DNA from: an uncultured Bacillota bacterium
Lineage (GTDB): Bacteria > Sysuimicrobiota > Sysuimicrobiia > Sysuimicrobiales > Segetimicrobiaceae
Assembly: GCA_963804645.1 (NCBI GenBank)
Contig: CAWDRG010000017.1
Span: forward strand, 1-64,000
Length of the DNA: 64,000 bases
Direction of reading: 5' to 3'
Position 1 is the first letter of the stretch, and each line of letters begins with the position of its first letter. The position numbers and the translations under genes are program-made. Below, in pieces: positions 57,321 to 64,000 of this stretch. The notes beneath the pieces are model-generated. The model saw only the letters and a program-made list of their open reading frames with translations, was not told where the DNA came from and made no database searches.

Positions 57321-58415
57321 TCAGTGGGACGCGGACGTGCCGGTGGTCGACGGCGTCGTGAAGACCAGGTAGCCGAGCGTGTACGTCACGGTAAACTTGT
57401 GTCCCGCCCGCTGAGTGGTCTCGTTCCACGCGTCATAGTTGAGGCAGACGCGGTCGGTGGGAAGGTTCAGGTCGGTGAGGGCATGGATCATTTCGGGCGG
57501 CACGCTGTCGTTGATCTGCGCGAACACCCCGCCGCCCGAGTTGTCGACCGGCAGGCCGCGCTTAAACGAGAGCCAGGCGATCATGTGGAGCGGACGCTCT
57601 ACGTTCAGGGAGACGGCGAGGGAGTTGAGATAGGCGGCGTGCGGCGGCGCGTCGACGCACGACACGGCCTCGGCCTCCTGGTGCGAGGTCGGCCCGATGT
57701 CGTTCCCGGTGTGCGTCAGCGTCAGCGTGACCGTCGTGGTCAGGGGCAGCGGCAGCGGCGCGGCGCCGGGCGCGTGCGCCACGAGCGGCTGCGCGACGTC
57801 GATCGGGACCGCCAGGTTGAAGTTCTGCGCGCCCAACACCGAGGCGTCCACGATGCCGATCACCCGGCCGTCGGCGGCGAGGACGGGCCCGCCGCTGTTC
57901 CCCGGGTTGATCGGCGCGTCAATCTGGAGAAACTTCGATTCGACGTTGAGCGCGCTGACGATCCCCTGCGTGACCGTGAGCGTCGGATGCTCCGGCGAGG
58001 CCAGCGGGTACCCCAGCACCGTCACCGACTCCCCGAGCTGCACCGCGGCGGAGCTGGCGAGCGGGAGCGCGGCCGGCACAGACGGAGGGGTCTCGGCGAG
58101 ATGGAGCACGGCGACGTCCTGCTCCGTGTCGATCTCGACGACGTCCGCGGCGACCGCCGTCTGAGTGGGAAACTGCACCGTCACCTTCGTGGCCGTCGCG
58201 ACCACATGCAGCGCGGTCAGCAGCAGCCCGTTGCCGATCGCGAACGCCGTCCCGGACTCGTGCGGCTTGCCGTCGGTCCCGAACGACACCACGTACGCGA
58301 CCGACGGGGTGGCGCGGCTGACAAGGCTGACGACCCCCTGTGCGCGCGCGCCCGGCGGCGCAAGCGTGCAGATCACCAGCACCAGCATCGCGGTCATCGT
58401 GCCGAGCCGTCGCAT
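57321..58415 (-). CDS. secreted trypsin-like (S1C) serine protease without PDZ
   Basis: Signal peptide, TALHVV, DVAVL, PGNSGGP. Confidence 0.88.
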   Translation of the reverse strand: MRRLGTMTAMLVLVICTLAPPGARAQGVVSLVSRATPSVAYVVSFGTDGKPHESGTAFAIGNGLLLTALHVVATATKVTVQFPTQTAVAADVVEIDTEQDVAVLHLAETPPSVPAALPLASSAAVQLGESVTVLGYPLASPEHPTLTVTQGIVSALNVESKFLQIDAPINPGNSGGPVLAADGRVIGIVDASVLGAQNFNLAVPIDVAQPLVAHAPGAAPLPLPLTTTVTLTLTHTGNDIGPTSHQEAEAVSCVDAPPHAAYLNSLAVSLNVERPLHMIAWLSFKRGLPVDNSGGGVFAQINDSVPPEMIHALTDLNLPTDRVCLNYDAWNETTQRAGHKFTVTYTLGYLVFTTPSTTGTSASH

Positions 58416-58618
58416 ACAGATTCGACCCCTTCGCGTTCCGTGGCCCCGCTCGAGGATTCGCGCACGCCGCCGGGCCTCCCTGCGGCCATACGGCAACGGC
58501 GCCGCGCCCGTGCGCGGCGAGTCCCCGCGTCTCCTCTCGTCTACGGAATCGGCGCGGCGTAGGTTCGGATCGACGGGGCGAACGCAGGGACCGACGGGAC
58601 GCCGGGCGCGGGGTCGCG

Positions 58619-59743
58619 TCAGGACACCGTCCCGACGAGCTTGCCTGCGCGCATGGTATGCACCGCCGCCAGGTCCACGGTCCCTCGTTCGCTCGCGCCC
58701 TCGCTGTCGACGTACTCGACCGGCCCATCAAGCACCCGGAACACGGTAATATCGGCGCAGGCGCCCGGCCGGAGCGTCCCAAACTCCTCGGCGCGCCCGA
58801 TCGCGGCGGCCGGCCCGAGCGTCACGAGCCGCACCACGTCCGGGAGCGACAGCCCGAGGTGCAGAAACTTGGCCATGGTGCGGGCGAGCGTGAAGACGGG
58901 GCCCTTCACGTTGCCCTGGTGCAGATCGGTGGAGATGGAGTGGAGCGGAAAGCGCGCGGCGAGGGCCTGCCGCGCCGCCGTGAAGCAGAAGCTGCCCTGG
59001 CCGTGGCCGAGATCGAACCGCACGCCCCGTTCCGCCGCGGCCCAGGCTTCCGGCACCGGCCGGCCCCAGCGGTGCATGAGACCCCCCGGGTAGGCCTTGA
59101 AGCAGTGCGTCACGACGTCGCCGGGGCCGAGCGCGCTCAGGACGTCCTGGATCACCGGGGGTGCCACGCCGATGTGCACCATGAAGCCGGTGCGGGCCTC
59201 ACGCGCGGCCTGCAGACCGAGCTGCAGCGGGAGCAGGCCGAGGTTGCCGCAGTGGCGCTGGGACGCCAGGACTTTGATCCCGACGAGCAGGTCGCGGTGG
59301 GCCTCGGCGGTCGCAATCGTCCGCTTCTGGTCGAACAGGCTCCAGTCGCCGTGGATCGGCGACCCGCGCCGCGCCGACACGTTCAGATACCCGAGGACGC
59401 GCGTGGTCGCCCGGCCGGCCGTGTCCTGAAACGCGCCGAACTGGTCGGCCCCGAACGATCCGGTGTCCACCACCGTGGTCACGCCGGTGCGGACGCCGCA
59501 GTCCTCGTCCGGACGGACGCTGCCTTCGTGCGCGCCGTGGAGACAGTGCACGTGCAGGTCGATCCACCCCGCCGACGCGATCAGGCCGCGGGCGTCGACG
59601 ACCCGGCCCGCCTCCGCGCCGCCGAGATCGCACACCGCCCCAATCCGATCGCCGATCACGCCGATATCCGTCGGCCCGTCCAACCCCTGGGCGGCATCGA
59701 TCACCCGGGCACCGCGCACGATCACGTCGTACCGCTCGATCAT
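58619..59743 (-). CDS. amidohydrolase/dihydroorotase-like metallohydrolase
   Basis: IDLHVH, GVTTVVDTGS, MVHIG, THC, GHGQGSF, ISTD. Confidence 0.88.
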   Translation of the reverse strand: MIERYDVIVRGARVIDAAQGLDGPTDIGVIGDRIGAVCDLGGAEAGRVVDARGLIASAGWIDLHVHCLHGAHEGSVRPDEDCGVRTGVTTVVDTGSFGADQFGAFQDTAGRATTRVLGYLNVSARRGSPIHGDWSLFDQKRTIATAEAHRDLLVGIKVLASQRHCGNLGLLPLQLGLQAAREARTGFMVHIGVAPPVIQDVLSALGPGDVVTHCFKAYPGGLMHRWGRPVPEAWAAAERGVRFDLGHGQGSFCFTAARQALAARFPLHSISTDLHQGNVKGPVFTLARTMAKFLHLGLSLPDVVRLVTLGPAAAIGRAEEFGTLRPGACADITVFRVLDGPVEYVDSEGASERGTVDLAAVHTMRAGKLVGTVS

Positions 59744-61143
59744 CGCTGCCCCCCGTCCGGCTCCGCGACCATGCGCATCGCGTCTCCAAGCCGCCGCACG
59801 TCGTCGAGCTCGTCAAGGTGCGACACCAGGTCGGCGAGCTCCCGCGCGCGTGCGTCCCCGCACGCGCGGGACGCCATCGACAGGTATTTCGCGAGCACCT
59901 CGTCGTCCGTCATCGGGTTCTCGGGCGTGCCTTTCGCGCGGTCCACCCGGCCGCGCAGCTCCCGCCCGTCGGTCAGCGCGACCGAGACGATGCTGCTGTA
60001 CTCGTCCGGGTAGTGTGCGTCGAGCGCGTCGTCGTGCACCACCCGCACCTGGCGCGACAGCCGCGCGACCTCCGGGTCCTCGCGCCGGTCGGTCAGGATG
60101 TCGTCGATCGTGATCTCGCCGCGCACCGCGGCCACCGGCAGGATGTACTGCGCATTGTGGGACCGCAGCGCGTTGTTGTCGATCACGGACGCGCCGGACT
60201 TCGGAAAGCGCAGCTCGATGGCCGCGATGTCCCGCGAGGCGACGCGCTCGGTCCCGAGGAGGGCCAGCAGCGCGTCGAGACCCGGATGCAGAAACGCACA
60301 GCACGAGTACCGCTTGATCGCAAACCCCGACACCGCGAACCGGCGGCCGAGGCCGTCCGTGAGCCGCTCCGGGCGCCGGACGCCCGAGAACGCGTGGAAG
60401 ATGTCGTACTTCCCCTCGAGCACGGCGGCCGGCCCGCCGAAGCCGAGCGCGGCGAGACTCGCGGCGGTCACGCCGTTTCGGGCGGCGATCCCGATGTTCA
60501 GGGGGCGGGACTGCTCGCTGGGATCGCTGGTCCAGCTCAGCAGCCCGGACGCCTGCAGGGCCGCCAGTCCGAGGGCGCTGCGCCAGGCGTCGCGTCCGAG
60601 CCGCAGGAGGCAGCCGGCCGCCGCGGCCGCGCCAAACGTCCCCGCCACCGCGGATGGGTGAAAGCCGCGCGCGTACAGCGCGCGCGGATCCAGCGCCTCG
60701 CTCATCCGACACGCCAGGTCGATGCCCACCGCGCACGCGGTGAGCACGGCGCCGCCCTGGGCGCCCTCCGCCTCCCCGACCGCGAGCGCGGACGGGACCA
60801 CCGCGGCGACCGCGTGCATGACCGAGGCGACGTGATGCGGCTCGACGTCGCAGTAGTATCCGAACGTCCCGTTCACGAGCGCGGCGCTTGTCATCGACGT
60901 GCGGGCGGGCCGCCCGAACACGCTCGCCCGCGGCGCGCCGCCCTCCGCGTCGATGAACGCCCGGAGGAGGCGTCCCGCCGCAAACCTCGGCGACGCCGCC
61001 GTCACGGAGGCGCCGAACAGATCCAGGATCAACCGCTTGGTCGGCGCCAGCACCGCCGCCTCAAGCGGCAGCGTCCCGGCTCCGGTCAGATACTCCACCA
61101 GGAGGGGGGTAAGCTCGACGGGCTGCTCCGGCACGGATCTCAT
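59740..61143 (-). CDS. MmgE/PrpD family protein
   Basis: AALVNG, H…VVP.ALA, RGFHPS, K.Y.CC…H, KG.PENP. Confidence 0.88.
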   Translation of the reverse strand: MRSVPEQPVELTPLLVEYLTGAGTLPLEAAVLAPTKRLILDLFGASVTAASPRFAAGRLLRAFIDAEGGAPRASVFGRPARTSMTSAALVNGTFGYYCDVEPHHVASVMHAVAAVVPSALAVGEAEGAQGGAVLTACAVGIDLACRMSEALDPRALYARGFHPSAVAGTFGAAAAAGCLLRLGRDAWRSALGLAALQASGLLSWTSDPSEQSRPLNIGIAARNGVTAASLAALGFGGPAAVLEGKYDIFHAFSGVRRPERLTDGLGRRFAVSGFAIKRYSCCAFLHPGLDALLALLGTERVASRDIAAIELRFPKSGASVIDNNALRSHNAQYILPVAAVRGEITIDDILTDRREDPEVARLSRQVRVVHDDALDAHYPDEYSSIVSVALTDGRELRGRVDRAKGTPENPMTDDEVLAKYLSMASRACGDARARELADLVSHLDELDDVRRLGDAMRMVAEPDGGQR

Positions 61144-61174
61144 CGCTCGATCACCTCGGTGTGCGCGCCCGCCG

Positions 61175-62659
61175 CTACCGTGCCCGCCGGAACAGTTGGG
61201 CGGCCGGCGCGAACGCGACGTCGCCGTCAAGCGGAAACATCGGCCGGCGGCAGATCCGGTGCCCAAGCGACTTGAGGTCGGCGCTCGTCGCGCCGGGCGC
61301 GTCGATGTTGAAGTCCTTCTCCGCCCACTCGTCGAACATATGGTACTCGCAGTGCGGAGACTTGACGACCGTGAGATGGAACCGCTGCGGGTCGAGGCCA
61401 TGGGCGACGAACATCGCCCGGTCGAACAGACTCACCGAGCGGGTCATGACCAGGATGGTCACATGGCCGGCGCGGAGCACGGCGGTCGGCCCGGCGTCGA
61501 GGGCGTTGCCGCTGGTCTCGAGCGCGGCCCGCCCGCGCGACAGCATCTCGACCTCCGCGGTCACCTCGACCGGGATGAATCGCGGATCCATCGCGCCGCC
61601 GAGGCGGACCCGCACGGTGGCGCCGACGCCCGCCGCGTGTGCCGCGGCGGCCGCCGCCGGGTCGACGATCGGCAGCAGCACCGACCGCTCGTACCCGGCG
61701 CGCAGGAGGGCGGAGAGGATCGCGTTGCTGTCCCCGGTCGCCCCCGACGAGGTCGCGTCCGCGGCGTCCGTAAAGATCACGGGCCCGGCCATCCGGCGCG
61801 CCTGCGCGATCGCCCGGTCGAGCGGGATCAGCTTGCCCTGCATGCGGTGGCGGTGGACCCAGAACTCCTCGGACAGGCGCACGGCCTCGGCGTCGGCCAC
61901 CGCCGCGTCCTGCGCGACCACGACGGCCTGGCTGCACAGCTCCGGGACGTCCGTGAACGGGTTCCCGATCATGACCCCCGCCGCGAGCACGCGGTCCTCG
62001 TGCTCGAGCCGCTCGGCCTCCCGGATCACGTCGCCGAAGCAGCCCGACTTCGTGACCAGCTCGTCACCGCGCACGAGCGCGGGCATGACGACGCGCGCGA
62101 TCACCGGCGCGAGCCGCTCGTCGATGATGCGGAGCAAGAGGCGCGCGGCGCGCACGCCGGTATCCGCGAAGTCCACGTGCGGGTAGGTGTGGTAGAGGGC
62201 GAGCCCGTCCAGCGCCCGCAGCATGCGTTCGGTCAAGATCCCGTGAAGGTCCAGCGATGCGACGATCGGGACGCCGTCGCCGACGATCCGGCGGGTCTGC
62301 TCGAGCAGATGTCCCTCCGGGTCCAACTCGCCGTCCGCCCCCATCGCCCCATGCATCGAGAAGTAGACACCGTCCACGCCGCGGGCGCCGGCGGCGACCG
62401 CGGCGAGCACCTCGTCCGAGAGCCGCCGCCAGCCCGCGGCCGACAGCGGCCCGGCGCTCCCGGCGCGCGCGCTGTACGTCGGCACGAGGTCGATGCCGCC
62501 GTGCGCGTCGAACACGTCGGCCGCGCCTCCGATCGCGGTGTTGCGTCCCCGCTGATCGAAGACGGCGCCGCCGCGGCGGATCGTGAAGTCTTCATAGCGG
62601 CTCGGGACCGGGTTGAACGACGAGATCTCCTGCATGCATTCGGCGACGAGCAGCTTCAC
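61175..62659 (-). CDS. MlrC (M81) family metallopeptidase
   Basis: QE.SSF.P, MHGAM, DPEG, LDLHG, YHTYPHVD, VVKS. Confidence 0.88.
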   Translation of the reverse strand: MKLLVAECMQEISSFNPVPSRYEDFTIRRGGAVFDQRGRNTAIGGAADVFDAHGGIDLVPTYSARAGSAGPLSAAGWRRLSDEVLAAVAAGARGVDGVYFSMHGAMGADGELDPEGHLLEQTRRIVGDGVPIVASLDLHGILTERMLRALDGLALYHTYPHVDFADTGVRAARLLLRIIDERLAPVIARVVMPALVRGDELVTKSGCFGDVIREAERLEHEDRVLAAGVMIGNPFTDVPELCSQAVVVAQDAAVADAEAVRLSEEFWVHRHRMQGKLIPLDRAIAQARRMAGPVIFTDAADATSSGATGDSNAILSALLRAGYERSVLLPIVDPAAAAAAHAAGVGATVRVRLGGAMDPRFIPVEVTAEVEMLSRGRAALETSGNALDAGPTAVLRAGHVTILVMTRSVSLFDRAMFVAHGLDPQRFHLTVVKSPHCEYHMFDEWAEKDFNIDAPGATSADLKSLGHRICRRPMFPLDGDVAFAPAAQLFRRAR

Positions 62660-62808
62660 GGCGTGCCTCCGGCGGGATGCGTTCGCACGCAGGTCAGTTC
62701 TCGGCGGGCGGCCGATCCTCCCTGCGGGCGCGCGCGGCGAGGCGGAGTGTCGGCCCGCGGCCTCGAACCAGAGAGACGAGACAGACTCACGGAGAGGGGT
62801 GGCATGCG

Positions 62809-63243
62809 ATGGCGGCAGCGGCACAACCGATGTTCCGGCGGATCAACCACATCGGCGTGATTGTGGAGGATCTGAGCAACTCGCAGCATTGGCTCGCGGA
62901 GATCTTCGGCCTGCCACTCAATCGCACGGCGGACATGCCGGAGGGGCAGATCCACGGGGAATTCTACCGGTGCGGCGAGGTCGACATCGAGATCGTACAC
63001 ATCGGGGAGCCGGAGGAGCGGCGCCGGCGCCTGCGCGGCGCGAAGGTGCGGATTGAGCACATCGCCGTCGAGGTCGATGACCTCGACGGCACGCTCGGCC
63101 GCCTGAGCGCCCTCGGCGTCAAGACGACGACCCCGAAGCCCCGTCTGGCCGGGAACGTACGGTCGGCGTGGACGACCGAGGAGACCACCGGCGGCGTCTC
63201 GTACCAGCTGATGCAGTTCGGGGAGGCGAAAACCGCGCGGTAG
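62809..63243 (+). CDS. VOC family protein (methylmalonyl-CoA-epimerase-like)
   Basis: INHIGVIVEDL…IEI…IEHIAVEVDD…TGGV..QL. Confidence 0.8.
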   Translation: MAAAAQPMFRRINHIGVIVEDLSNSQHWLAEIFGLPLNRTADMPEGQIHGEFYRCGEVDIEIVHIGEPEERRRRLRGAKVRIEHIAVEVDDLDGTLGRLSALGVKTTTPKPRLAGNVRSAWTTEETTGGVSYQLMQFGEAKTAR

Positions 63244-63509
63244 AGCGCGCCGGACCCCGGCCGTCCGGAGGAGAACTCCGGGATGATCACGTACTACCGG
63301 CCCAGGCCCGTCTACTCCTGGCGGAGCCCGTGCATAAGCACACCAAGGTGGCGGCGGCGGCTCAGCCGACGGCGCGTCTGTTGCGAATTGGGGGGCTGCA
63401 GATGTCGCGCACTGTGAGCGGGAGAGTCCGGAGGCCACTGCGCACCTCGCAGACGCGCCGAACCGAGCGGGATGGCGCGACGGGGCCGCGACGACGCGCG
63501 CTCGACCTG

Positions 63510-64000
63510 ATGCGCCTCGCGGCCGGGGCACTTGCGCTCGTATTCTGCGCCGCCGTCCTGCCGCCCGCGGGCGCGCAGACCGGCATGAAGCGGGTCACCG
63601 ACGCCAACAATCGATTTTCAATCGCCTTTCCACCACGCTGGACCGTCGAGGCGGTGCAGCACAACACAAAAATTCTGTCCACGGAAGTACCCGTCAGCTC
63701 GCTGTCCAGAAGCGGCAGCTCGCAGTCGGCCATGATCGGCGTGGGTCCGAATGTGGATTTCACCGTGCCGCCGCGCCTCGTGGTGATTCCGGTCGATTTC
63801 CCTCGGCCCATCACACCCGATGATATTGCGAACTCGGTGCACCAAGACACCACGCCCGACCCGAACTTCCAAGTGACCCAGGACGGCTTTGCCACCATCG
63901 CGGGACAGCGGGCGTATTATCTCTACGGCGTCACGGCCCCTCGGGGGACTACCCCGTCACTGTATATGGTGCTGGCGTTCTTCGCGCAGGGGCGAGAGGG
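63510..64000 (+). CDS. secreted hypothetical protein (partial, runs off window)
   Basis: MRLAAGALALVFCAAVLPPAGA-Q signal peptide, then FSIAFPPRW. Frame appears open to the window end. Confidence 0.6.
   Translation, partial: MRLAAGALALVFCAAVLPPAGAQTGMKRVTDANNRFSIAFPPRWTVEAVQHNTKILSTEVPVSSLSRSGSSQSAMIGVGPNVDFTVPPRLVVIPVDFPRPITPDDIANSVHQDTTPDPNFQVTQDGFATIAGQRAYYLYGVTAPRGTTPSLYMVLAFFAQGRE

Noticed and set aside
52515..57429. 1182-aa (+) and 1007-aa (-) ORFs
   Set aside because: Alternative-frame or antisense shadows over well-supported genes.

Overview
This is a GC-rich bacterial window with two halves. Bases 1-26.9 kb are a mosaic accessory region. It contains four diverged copies of a ~115-bp unit ending in the 3' end of a tRNA-Pro (…GGGTTCAAGTCCCCC(C)TCCCCGACCA), which I read as a tandem array of att junctions. 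Around these junctions lie a tyrosine-integrase remnant, five toxin/antitoxin-type modules (Phd/RelE, DUF6516/HTH, Xre/RES, an orphan HicA, and a PemK split by IS5), an XPB-like helicase with a DUF790 nuclease, sucAB, uxaE, stress genes and gene debris. Bases 26.9-64 kb are a dense catabolic region: peptide ABC transporter components, M20/M24/M81 peptidases, GGT, luciferase-like oxidoreductases, a ThDP enzyme, an atypical E1a/E1b/E2 set, and a DUF3830/cucumopine-synthase-like protein beside an XRE-cupin regulator. I found no intact tRNA, rRNA or CRISPR array. Several single-base frameshifts may be assembly errors. All family assignments are from motif recognition by eye, with no database search.
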